Assembly: GCA_039794165.1 (NCBI GenBank)
Contig: JBDIVY010000001.1
Span: 271,634 to 335,633, forward strand
Direction of reading: 5' to 3'
DNA: 64,000 nt
Source: Phycisphaerales bacterium
GTDB lineage: Bacteria; Planctomycetota; Phycisphaerae; Phycisphaerales; UBA1924
In this document: one piece after another, positions 33,273 to 41,375 of the stretch
How the letters are laid out: every line of letters starts with the position of its first letter
Position numbering within the stretch: position 1 is the stretch's first letter
Notes under the pieces: generated by a model
What the model was told of the DNA's origin: nothing
Database searches by the model: none
The model's input: the letters and a program-made list of their open reading frames with translations, nothing else
Made by a program: the position numbers and the translations under genes

Positions 33273-33821
33273 ATGCCGAACCTCGACCACCCGACCTTCG
33301 CCCTCGTGAAAGGCCATTTTTCCGGCAAGCGCTTCCGCGCCACGGAGTTCCGCGGGCAGTCCACTCTCATCGTCGAGCCGGCCGACCTGCACGAGGTGAT
33401 GGGACTCCTGCGCGACCACGACGCGGCAAAGTACGACTTCCTCTCCGACGTCCTCGGCATCGACTACCTGAACTACCCCGCGAAGATGCCCGGCCGATTT
33501 GCCGTCGTCTACATCCTCGTCTCTACCTCGCGCGACGACCGCTTCTTCGTCAAGGCCTTCCTCGACCCCTCGATCCCGACCGACGGCATCGAGGAAGACC
33601 CCGCCCTCTGCGTCGATTCCGTCACGGACATCTGGCCCGGCGCGGAGTGGCGCGAGCGCGAAGTCTTCGACATGTTCGGCATCCGATTCCGCAACCACCC
33701 CGACCTGCGACGCATCCTCACCTGGCAGGATTACCCGGCGCACCCGCTCCGCAAGGACTACCCCCTCCGCGGCCGCGGCGAGCGCGAGTCCTACCGCGTC
33801 ATCGATCGATCCAGCGCATGA
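33273..33821 (+). CDS. nuoC: NADH-quinone oxidoreductase subunit C (NuoC, 30-kDa subunit)
   Basis: FLSDVLGIDYL...RFAVVYILVS...WPGAEWREREVFDMFGIRFRNHPDLRRIL...HPLRKDYPLRG are canonical NuoC motifs. No other nuo genes are adjacent. Confidence 0.88.
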   Translation: MPNLDHPTFALVKGHFSGKRFRATEFRGQSTLIVEPADLHEVMGLLRDHDAAKYDFLSDVLGIDYLNYPAKMPGRFAVVYILVSTSRDDRFFVKAFLDPSIPTDGIEEDPALCVDSVTDIWPGAEWREREVFDMFGIRFRNHPDLRRILTWQDYPAHPLRKDYPLRGRGERESYRVIDRSSA

Positions 33822-33822
33822 T

Positions 33823-36800
33823 TCAGCGCGGCGCGCGTGCCGGCCCCGGGTCGCGCACCTCGATCCGATCCGTCACCAGGTTCCAGAAGATGCGCCGCGC
33901 CGTGATCGGCGAAGTGCGACCGGTCTCGACCACCGTCACCACCCCCCCCTCGTCCGCGAATGCCTCGGCGGTGCCCGCGAGCGCGTCGTACTCCAGCCGG
34001 TGCCCCGTCAGTTCGTGCCGGCCCGACCGCACCCAGACCTTCCCGATGGCGGTCGCGTACTCGAGTTCGCCGCTCAGGTCGCCGGCCTCGTCCGCTGATG
34101 CGTTGCGGATGCGGGCCGTCATCGACTCGGCTTCGAGGTCGGTCCGCAGACTGTCGGCAAGTCTGCGGTGGCTCATCCGCACGCCACCGTGCATCGTCGC
34201 CTCGCCCTTCGTCTGATCGACGTGGAATGACTGCGACCAGTCGAAGAGCGCGGTGCCGCGGTTGTCGGCGTTGGCTTCCGCTTCGGCGTCCGTGCGAAGG
34301 TCCGCGACCACGAGCCGACCCGCGCCCGGCACGTCCAGCGTGCCCGCAGCGTTGTCCGCGATGATCTCGTGCCCGAAGAGCGTGAACGCCCGCGCCAGCC
34401 GCGCCGGCGCATCCGGGCCGGCGTCCACGGAGCGTGTGCTCTCGACGGACGCCGGAACGGGGGCGGCGTCATCGTCCGGCTCGGGCAGCGCGGCCCAGGC
34501 GTGCATCCGAAGCACCCGCCGAGATCGCGACTGCGCCGCCGGGTCCGCCGAGTCAAGCGCGACGGCCTCGCCCTCCGGCGCAGGCTCGAGTTCGACGCGG
34601 ACGCGCTCCGCCCGGATCGTGTCGCGGGAGAGCGGGTCCGGCTCGCTGACCGCGACGACCTCGCCCGTCGCTTCGAGAATGCCGGTCTGGTCGTCGAAGG
34701 TCATGCCCGCGGTCCACTCCGCGTGCGTGCGTGAGGGCGGCTCGCCCGGGTTGCGAGTGCTGTGCTCGAAGGCGCCCGCGCCGAGCGAGGTCGCCGTTCG
34801 GCGCGAGCCGTCGAGGCGGACTTCCTCGCCGGTGATCCGCGTGCCCTCGCGCTCGACGAGCGCCCCCTCGCCCGCGACTTCGAGCCGCTGCTCGTCGAGG
34901 TTCGCCCATAGCGTCTCGCCCTCGATGCGCAGCCGGTCGGAGCGGCGCGTGAAGCGGACCTCGCCGCGGGCGGAGACGGTCCGCGCGACCACCGCGCCGC
35001 GTTCGTCGGTCGTCAGGTCTGCGTCGAGGGTGCGGGCACGGATATCGGCGTCGTCCTGGCGGAACCTGCCGTTGCCCTCTGCGGTCACGCGGACGGGGTC
35101 AACGCCGTCGCCCTTCTCGTTGGCGACGAAGTCAACGCGCAGCCTGTCCCACGGCCCGCCGCCTCCGCCCTTGCCGTCGTTCATGACGGCCGCGCCGATG
35201 GCGTCGATGCTGCGCAGACCGGCCGCCTGTGGCGCATCTGGCTCGAAGACGGCGCGGAGGAGGTCGGCTTCGAGCGAGGCGACCTCCTCGGCGGCACGCA
35301 CCTTGCCGACGAAGTCCGCGCGCAGCAGTTCGCCGGTCATCGTGCCGTCCCGAACCATGAACCAGAGGTCGGCGCGTTCGCCCCAGTCGATGCGGCTGAG
35401 ACCGTTCATGGACGATGCGACGCCCGAGCCGCGCACGACGGCGACGCCCGTGTCGAGCGGGAGTTCGAGCCTGCCGACGCGGACCGAGCCGCCCGATTCG
35501 CCGGGCTGTTCGAGCAGGACGCCTTCCTGTCCCTGGCCGCTGAGCACGACCACGCGGCGCGTGGCGGCGTAGTCCACCTGGGCCGCCCTGCCCGCACCGC
35601 CGGATTCGGTGTCCGCGAGCAGAACGACGCCCGTTTCTTCGGCGGTGATGCGAGCCGCGACGTGGTCTTCGGCCAGCGTGGGCGGGCGGTCGGCGAGCGG
35701 CCGGATTTCGAGCGGGCCGGTCCAGGTCAACACGGCCGGACCGTCCGCGGCTGGGCGACCGAAGGCGGGAACGGCGGCGGGGGGGGGAGGCTCGGTCGGG
35801 CTGTCGGCTTGCGGCGCCGGTTGCGCTTGGCTTTCGGCAGGCTCGGCGCGCTCGCGGTGCGTGGCCTGCGATTGGCCCGTCGGCCCAGGCTCCGCCTTGC
35901 GAGGCTCGCCGATCGCGTCCTCGGGCAGCCGGTTGTCGAGCAGCCGCGTCCAGACGCTCATGCGGTCGCCGCGCACGGATTGCGAGCCTTGCGTCAGCAC
36001 GACCTCGCGCTGGAAGAGTGCGTGGTAGAACGATTCCTTTGGTTCCTCGGCCTGCGGGGACTCCGACGGCGGCGGCGTTGCGGGTTGCTGCGCGTCTGTC
36101 GGGCGATCGGCTCGGGCGGTGGTGCGCGGGCGTGGGTCGGCGTCGTCCGGCGTGGCCGCAGGCACGGGGTTCGCGGCGGCCTCTCGGCGTTCGCGCATGC
36201 GGGCGGTCGAGCGGGCGCGTTCGGCGGGATCGACGCGGAGGTACTCGCCCCGCGCGACGGTCGCCACTTCGAGCCGTTCGAGCACCTGATTGACGAGGAT
36301 CTTCACATCCGATCCGGCGAACTCGACCCCCTGGCCGTTGAGCAGGAGGCGGTCCGGCGTCGAGACTTCGCCGAGCGTGAAGTCGAAGGTGAGCGAGTCG
36401 GTGCGGGCCGTGAGGGCCGGCTCGTCGGAGTCGATGTCGGGCCGTGTGCCGTCCGGCGGCATCTCGAAGAGCCGGATGACGACCGAGCCGACGAACCGGC
36501 CGGACTCCGGCTCTCGGGAGCGGTCGGGCATGTAGAGTGCGCCCTCGTTCGCTTCCACGTGGACTGCACGCCCGTCCTTGAGGAACATCCAGGCCCGCGG
36601 CGTGCCGACGTGATACCTGCCGGGGTTCGTCGGCTGCACCGTGCGCGAGCGCAGTTCGCCCGCGAGGCGGGTCGGGTCGTCGCGGTCCATGACCTGCACG
36701 AAGAGGCCGGATGCCCCGGTGGGCTGCGGCTGGCCGCCGATGACGTTGGCGTCGCGTGCGCCGGGGGGGATGAGATCGGGGAAGTCGCCCGGGTTTGTGG

Positions 36801-36927
36801 TCGATCCGGATCCGGAACCGCGAACGGCGAGAAGGACGACCGCGACCAGAACGACGCCCGCCAACGCGATCGACGCGAGCATGACCGTTCGTCGAGGGTC
36901 GCGGTTTGCGTCAGGCCTCGGCGCCAT
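33823..36927 (-). CDS. Giant (1034 aa) membrane-anchored periplasmic protein, a putative fused LptC/multi-LptA (OstA-like) LPS-transport bridge
   Basis: The uninterrupted ORF is clearly coding, with GGAGG Shine-Dalgarno and a 17-nt overlap with the kdsC stop. N-terminal transmembrane segment MLASIALAGVVLVAVVLLAV. A Pro/Glu/Ala/Gln-rich linker. Recurring LptA-like strand patterns (e.g. AIGKVWVRSGRHELTGHRLEYDALAGTAEAF). It occupies the lptC-lptA position after kdsD-kdsC. The functional call is inference. Confidence 0.55.
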   Translation of the reverse strand: MAPRPDANRDPRRTVMLASIALAGVVLVAVVLLAVRGSGSGSTTNPGDFPDLIPPGARDANVIGGQPQPTGASGLFVQVMDRDDPTRLAGELRSRTVQPTNPGRYHVGTPRAWMFLKDGRAVHVEANEGALYMPDRSREPESGRFVGSVVIRLFEMPPDGTRPDIDSDEPALTARTDSLTFDFTLGEVSTPDRLLLNGQGVEFAGSDVKILVNQVLERLEVATVARGEYLRVDPAERARSTARMRERREAAANPVPAATPDDADPRPRTTARADRPTDAQQPATPPPSESPQAEEPKESFYHALFQREVVLTQGSQSVRGDRMSVWTRLLDNRLPEDAIGEPRKAEPGPTGQSQATHRERAEPAESQAQPAPQADSPTEPPPPAAVPAFGRPAADGPAVLTWTGPLEIRPLADRPPTLAEDHVAARITAEETGVVLLADTESGGAGRAAQVDYAATRRVVVLSGQGQEGVLLEQPGESGGSVRVGRLELPLDTGVAVVRGSGVASSMNGLSRIDWGERADLWFMVRDGTMTGELLRADFVGKVRAAEEVASLEADLLRAVFEPDAPQAAGLRSIDAIGAAVMNDGKGGGGGPWDRLRVDFVANEKGDGVDPVRVTAEGNGRFRQDDADIRARTLDADLTTDERGAVVARTVSARGEVRFTRRSDRLRIEGETLWANLDEQRLEVAGEGALVEREGTRITGEEVRLDGSRRTATSLGAGAFEHSTRNPGEPPSRTHAEWTAGMTFDDQTGILEATGEVVAVSEPDPLSRDTIRAERVRVELEPAPEGEAVALDSADPAAQSRSRRVLRMHAWAALPEPDDDAAPVPASVESTRSVDAGPDAPARLARAFTLFGHEIIADNAAGTLDVPGAGRLVVADLRTDAEAEANADNRGTALFDWSQSFHVDQTKGEATMHGGVRMSHRRLADSLRTDLEAESMTARIRNASADEAGDLSGELEYATAIGKVWVRSGRHELTGHRLEYDALAGTAEAFADEGGVVTVVETGRTSPITARRIFWNLVTDRIEVRDPGPARAPR

Positions 36928-37432
36928 CGTACCTCCGGAAGTGATGCGTCAGCGCGTCGCGCGCTTCGAGCAGGTGCTCGACGACCTCTCGGACCGCGCC
37001 GCGGCCGCCGGGGGCGCGCGTGACGAACCGTGCGCGCTCGCGTACGCGGGGGTCCGCGTCCGCCACGGCCATCGGGTAGGCGACGAGTCGCATGGCCGCG
37101 AGGTCCGGCCAATCGTCGGCGAGATAGGCCGCGTTATCCGCCGGGACGCCGGTTCGGCGGCAGACCTCGCGCACGGCATCGCCCTTGCCGCCGGCTCCCT
37201 CGATGACGTGGTCGATGCCGAGTTCAGCCGCGCGCCTCCGGACGGCCTCACCGCCTCGGCGGGTGACGATCGCGCACGCGCCGCCCGCCTCGATCCAGAG
37301 TTTGATGCCGAAGCCGTCGCGGACGTTGAAGGCCTTGATCTCGCTGCCGCGGTCGTCGTAGACGATCGAACCGTCGGTCATGACGCCGTCCACGTCGAGG
37401 ATCAGGAGTGTGACGGAGGCTGGGACGCTCAC
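36911..37432 (-). CDS. kdsC: 3-deoxy-D-manno-octulosonate 8-phosphate phosphatase KdsC (HAD superfamily)
   Basis: LLILDVDGVMTDGSIVYDDRGSEIKAFNVRDGFGIKLW...GKGDAV...YLADDWPDL. GTG start overlaps the kdsD stop (GTGA). Confidence 0.88.
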   Translation of the reverse strand: MSVPASVTLLILDVDGVMTDGSIVYDDRGSEIKAFNVRDGFGIKLWIEAGGACAIVTRRGGEAVRRRAAELGIDHVIEGAGGKGDAVREVCRRTGVPADNAAYLADDWPDLAAMRLVAYPMAVADADPRVRERARFVTRAPGGRGAVREVVEHLLEARDALTHHFRRYDGAEA

Positions 37433-38490
37433 GAGTCGTTCCTGACGAGGCGCATGGCGACGAGGTCCTGCACGTCGAGGATGCCGACGGGGCGGCCTTC
37501 GCCGTCCACGACCGGGATCTCGTCCTGCCGATGCTCGCGCACCATGCGCACGGCGTCGCGCAGCAGCGCATCGTGCGGGAGCGAACGCGGTGAGCGCGTC
37601 ATCACCCCGCTGATCGGCCGGGCGAGTTCGGCCGCATCGCGCAGGATGAGCCGGCGCAGGTCGCCGTCGGTGAAGATGCCAGAGAGCCTGCCGTTGGACG
37701 GATCAACCAGCAGGATCGCGCCCGGGCGTCGGCCGGCTTGCGAGGCCTCGCGCAGGGCTTCGGCGACGGTGCGGTCGTGCGGGATGAGCGGCGTGTTCAC
37801 GCCCGCGCGGAAGCGGAGCAGTTCGGTGATGGGCCGCAGCAGGCCGCCGAGCGCCCCGCCGGGGTGGCGCTTCGCGAAGTCGGCGTCGGTGAAGTTGCGC
37901 CGGCGTGCGGCGGCGAGAGCGAGGGCGTCGCCGAGCGCGAGCGTCGCGGCGGTCGAAGAGGTCGGCGCGGAGACCGGCCCGGCCTCGTCGCCATCGCCGA
38001 GCGTGAGGGCGACCGTGGCGAGGCGTTCGAGGCTCGACCCGGGCCGATCCGCGTCGCGTCCGTCGCCGCTCGTGATGGAGATGATCGGGATGCCGTCCTG
38101 CCGCAGGATCGCAGCAAGGTTGACGACCTCATCGGTCTCGCCGGACCGGCTGAGGGCGATGACGGTGTCGGCGGGTCGGAAGCGCCCCAGGTCGCCGTGC
38201 GCCGCCTCGGTGGGGTGGACCGGGTGCGACGGGATGCCGAGCGATGAGAGCGTGGCTGCGATCTTGGCGCCGATGAGGCCGCTCTTGCCCAGCCCGGTGA
38301 CGAGGACGGTCCCTCCCGCGTCGGGGCAGCGGGCGAGGAGATCGACGGCGAGCGTGAACCGCAGGTCGAGTTGATCGGCGAGGGCGTCGAGGGCCGCGGC
38401 TTCGGCGCGGATGACGCCCCGGGCGAAGTCGAGTTCGGCCTCGGTGGGCGAGGGGGCGGTTGGCGGCTGCGCCGAGCGGGTCCGCGGCAT
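37429..38490 (-). CDS. kdsD: Arabinose-5-phosphate isomerase KdsD/GutQ family (SIS plus tandem CBS domains)
   Basis: VLVTGLGKSGLIGAKIAATLSSLG, VIALSRSGETDEV, then CBS-like VMTRSPRSL...DEIPVVDGEGRPVGILDVQDL. Alternative GTG start at 38505. Confidence 0.88.
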   Translation of the reverse strand: MPRTRSAQPPTAPSPTEAELDFARGVIRAEAAALDALADQLDLRFTLAVDLLARCPDAGGTVLVTGLGKSGLIGAKIAATLSSLGIPSHPVHPTEAAHGDLGRFRPADTVIALSRSGETDEVVNLAAILRQDGIPIISITSGDGRDADRPGSSLERLATVALTLGDGDEAGPVSAPTSSTAATLALGDALALAAARRRNFTDADFAKRHPGGALGGLLRPITELLRFRAGVNTPLIPHDRTVAEALREASQAGRRPGAILLVDPSNGRLSGIFTDGDLRRLILRDAAELARPISGVMTRSPRSLPHDALLRDAVRMVREHRQDEIPVVDGEGRPVGILDVQDLVAMRLVRNDS

Positions 38491-38579
38491 GAGGGAAGGG
38501 TACACTGGCCGGGGGGGCGAGGCAGCAAAGCAGCAGAGCAGCGGAGGGGCGGGGGGGCGGGGTTCGCAAGGAGCGGCGG

Positions 38580-39392
38580 GTGGCGCAGAGCGAATACACG
38601 GTGCGGCTTGAGGCGTTCGAGGGGCCGCTCGACCTGCTGCTGCACCTCATCCGCAAGGCGGAGGTGGACGTCGCGGACATTCCCGTGGCGACGGTCGCGG
38701 ACCAGTACCTCACCTACCTGCAGCAGATCGACCGGGTGGACGTGGAGCGGGCGGGCGAGTTCCTCGTCATGGCGGCGACGCTCATGGAGATCAAGTCGCG
38801 CCTGCTCAGGCCTGCGGGGGAGGTGGGGGGGGCACGCGAGGCCGACGGGGGCGATCGTGGGGGCGATCGTGGGGGCGATCGTGGGGGCGAGCCGGACGAC
38901 CCGCGTGCGGAACTCGTCCGCCAGTTGCTGGCGTACAAGATGTACCGCGACGTCGCCGACGAACTGGCGCGTCGCCACGAGGAGTGGCAGCGCCGCTTCC
39001 CCGGCGGGCGGGCGGGCTTCGACCGGGGAGCGGCGGTCGCCCCGCAGGGCGATGAGCAGATCGACCTGGAGGACGTGTCGCTGATCGACCTCGTCGAGGC
39101 GTTCCGGCGCATCAGCGAGACCGTCGTCTTCGATCGGCTCGGCGAGCACGAGATCGTGTCCGATGACACGCCGATCGAACTGCACGCCGAGGACGTGATG
39201 GACCGCCTGCGCCGTGAGCCGGAAGGCCTCGAACTGCGCGGCCTGTTCACGGGGCGCACACGCCCGGAGGCGATCGGGCTGTTCCTGGCGGTGCTGGAAC
39301 TGGTGCGGAGGCGGGCGATCTCGGTCACGCACGATCGGGAGAGCGGGCGGTTCGTGCTCCGCGTGCGCGAGGGTGAAGCGGAGGCGTTGTAG
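38580..39392 (+). CDS. scpA: Segregation and condensation protein A (ScpA kleisin)
   Basis: LEAFEGPLDLLLHLIRKAEVDVADIPVATVADQYL...FLVMAATLMEIKSRLLRP. AAGGAG Shine-Dalgarno before GTG 38580. Confidence 0.88.
   Translation: MAQSEYTVRLEAFEGPLDLLLHLIRKAEVDVADIPVATVADQYLTYLQQIDRVDVERAGEFLVMAATLMEIKSRLLRPAGEVGGAREADGGDRGGDRGGDRGGEPDDPRAELVRQLLAYKMYRDVADELARRHEEWQRRFPGGRAGFDRGAAVAPQGDEQIDLEDVSLIDLVEAFRRISETVVFDRLGEHEIVSDDTPIELHAEDVMDRLRREPEGLELRGLFTGRTRPEAIGLFLAVLELVRRRAISVTHDRESGRFVLRVREGEAEAL
38847..38882 (+). repeat. Perfect 12-bp x3 in-frame tandem repeat inside scpA
   Basis: gggggcgatcgt x3 encodes GDRGGDRGGDRG in the linker after the N-terminal helical domain. Confidence 0.9.
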
Positions 39393-39436
39393 GGGTTGAT
39401 CCGGAAGAAGGCACCAAGGCACGCAGTATCGGGACA

Positions 39437-40687
39437 TCAAGTCAGGCGCGACAGGAACTCGCTTAGGGCGGCCACGCCGCGCTCGATCTGGGCCTCGCTG
39501 CACGCGAACGTGATGCGGACGTGGTTCTTCGCGCAGCCGCCGAAGTCTTCGCCGGGGACGATGGCGACGCGGGCTTCGTCCAGCAGGGCCTCGCACAGGG
39601 CGAGCGAGGAGTCGATCCGGCGGCCGCCGGGCGACGTGCCGCCGAAGTGCGCCGAGACGTCGGGGAAGGCGTAGAACGCGCCGGTGGGGCGCACGGTCCG
39701 CACGCGCGGCGCCTCGGCGAGCAGCCGCGTGATGAGATCGGCCCGGCGGGCGAAGGCGTCGCGCATGCGGTCGGCGTCTGCGGAGCACTCGGCGAGCGCG
39801 ACGCGGATGGCGGGGTAGACGAAGGACGTGATGTTCGTCGTCATCTGGCCCTGGAGCGTGGCCATCGCGCTGATGAGCCGCTTGCCGAACTCCCCGGGGA
39901 TGGCGGCGTAGCCGACGCGCCAGCCGGTCATGGCGAAGGCCTTGCTCATGCCGTTGACCGTGAGGACGCGATCGGCGATCTCGGGGACGGAGCCGATGGA
40001 GAAGTGCGGGATGCCGCCGTAGACGATCTTCTCGTAGATCTCGTCCGAGATGACGACGAGGTCGGGGGCGGTGGAGCGTGCGGCATCGGCGATCACGGCG
40101 GCCAGGGCGCGCAGTTCCGCCTCGGTGTACATCGTGCCGCAGGGGTTGCTCGGGCTGTTGAGGATCAGCAGGCGCGAGCGCGGCGTGATCGCCTCGCGCA
40201 GTTGCGCGGGGGTGATCTTGAAGTCGTTGGCGGGGAGCGTGGGCAACTCAACGACCCGGGCACCGGCGAGTTCGGCGATCGGCGCGTAACTTACCCAGCC
40301 GGGGACGGGGACGATGACTTCCAGCGGCGGCTGCCCCGGCGGGGGGGGGTCGAGCAGGCACTGCATGGCGACGTAGAGCGAGTGCTTGCCGCCGGAGGAG
40401 ATGGCGACGTGGTCGGCGGTGAGGCCGGGGATGCCGTTGTCGCGCGTGAACTTGTCCGCGATCGCCTGGCGCGTGGCGGGGTCGCCGAGCGTCGGCATGT
40501 ACTTGGTCTGGCCCGCGAGCAGGGCGTCGATGGCGGCCTGCTTGATGGGCTGTGGCGTGTCGAAGTCCGGCTCGCCGAGCGTGAAGTCGAGGACTTCCAC
40601 GCCGGAACGCTTCAGGGCCTTGGCCTTGTTCCCGAACGCGACGGTCACCGAGGGCTTCAGGCCCTCGACCCGGCTGGAGAGCCGCAT
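39437..40687 (-). CDS. Class I/II PLP-dependent aminotransferase (aspartate aminotransferase-like)
   Basis: VLDFTLGEPDFDTP, NPSNPCGTMY, and NGMSKAFAMTGWRVGY (PLP lysine). GGGAGGA Shine-Dalgarno before ATG 40687. The N-terminal 54 aa of the track ORF are rejected. Confidence 0.88.
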   Translation of the reverse strand: MRLSSRVEGLKPSVTVAFGNKAKALKRSGVEVLDFTLGEPDFDTPQPIKQAAIDALLAGQTKYMPTLGDPATRQAIADKFTRDNGIPGLTADHVAISSGGKHSLYVAMQCLLDPPPPGQPPLEVIVPVPGWVSYAPIAELAGARVVELPTLPANDFKITPAQLREAITPRSRLLILNSPSNPCGTMYTEAELRALAAVIADAARSTAPDLVVISDEIYEKIVYGGIPHFSIGSVPEIADRVLTVNGMSKAFAMTGWRVGYAAIPGEFGKRLISAMATLQGQMTTNITSFVYPAIRVALAECSADADRMRDAFARRADLITRLLAEAPRVRTVRPTGAFYAFPDVSAHFGGTSPGGRRIDSSLALCEALLDEARVAIVPGEDFGGCAKNHVRITFACSEAQIERGVAALSEFLSRLT

Positions 40688-40874
40688 GGGGAGTCCTCCC
40701 GGCCGGCGAGCGGACGCCGGACGGGTGAGGATACGGCCATTGGGGGGACGGGGAGGCCCGGTCGGTTGATGGCCGGGCAGCCTCGGCCTAGGATCGGCCC
40801 TCGACGGGATGGCCCGGCGCGGTGGGACTGCGCCGGACGACCGTGCCACTTCTCACGCCAGGAACGAACGCGCT

Positions 40875-41144
40875 ATGGCGACCGCTGCCGAGACCCGCAA
40901 ACAGATCGTGACGGACTTCGCCCGCCAAGAGGGCGACACCGGCTCTCCCGAAGTGCAGATCGCGCTGCTCACCGACCGCATCAAGCAGGTCTCGGAGCAC
41001 CTGCGATCGCACCGCAAGGACTTCCACACGCGGCGCGGGCTGATCATGATGGTGGGCAAGCGCAACCGCCTGCTCAGGTACCTCGCCAGGACCAACCGCG
41101 ACCGCTACCTGGACACAATCCAGCGTCTCGGCCTGCGGAAATGA
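40875..41144 (+). CDS. rpsO: 30S ribosomal protein S15
   Basis: An 89-aa product: FARQEGDTGSPEVQIALLTDRIKQVSEHLRSHRKDFHTRRGLIMMVGKRNRLLRYL. Confidence 0.93.
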   Translation: MATAAETRKQIVTDFARQEGDTGSPEVQIALLTDRIKQVSEHLRSHRKDFHTRRGLIMMVGKRNRLLRYLARTNRDRYLDTIQRLGLRK

Positions 41145-41152
41145 ACCAGCAC

Positions 41153-41190
41153 GGGCCTGTCCGCGCGAGCGGAACGGCCCGATTCGTTTG
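41153..41190 (+). terminator. Hairpin plus a short T-run after rpsO (attenuator or processing-site candidate in the rpsO-pnp leader)
   Basis: gggcc tg tccgc GCGA gcgga ac ggccc (5+5 bp stem with a GNRA-type loop), followed by gattcgtttg. Confidence 0.4.
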
Positions 41191-41375
41191 AGAACGCGGC
41201 CTGCCGGTCCTCAGCGGCAGTGGGCAGGCGGCAGCCGTTCGTGGTGGGGAACAGGCTGCATCCTGCCTTCTGCCTCTCGGGTCGCCGGGGGAGCCGCACA
41301 CGCACGTGCCGGCTCGTGATGCGCTCGTCCATGGACGTGAGCGTCGCCCGGCGATGATGAAAGAGGCGGAAGCAC

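Noticed and set aside
40331-40339. A G9 homopolymer (C9 on the coding strand) inside the aminotransferase gene, considered as a possible frameshift or pseudogene site.
   Set aside because: The reading frame is intact through the tract, which encodes DPPPPGQPP, and all family motifs lie in one frame. It remains only a potential slippage or sequencing-error hotspot.
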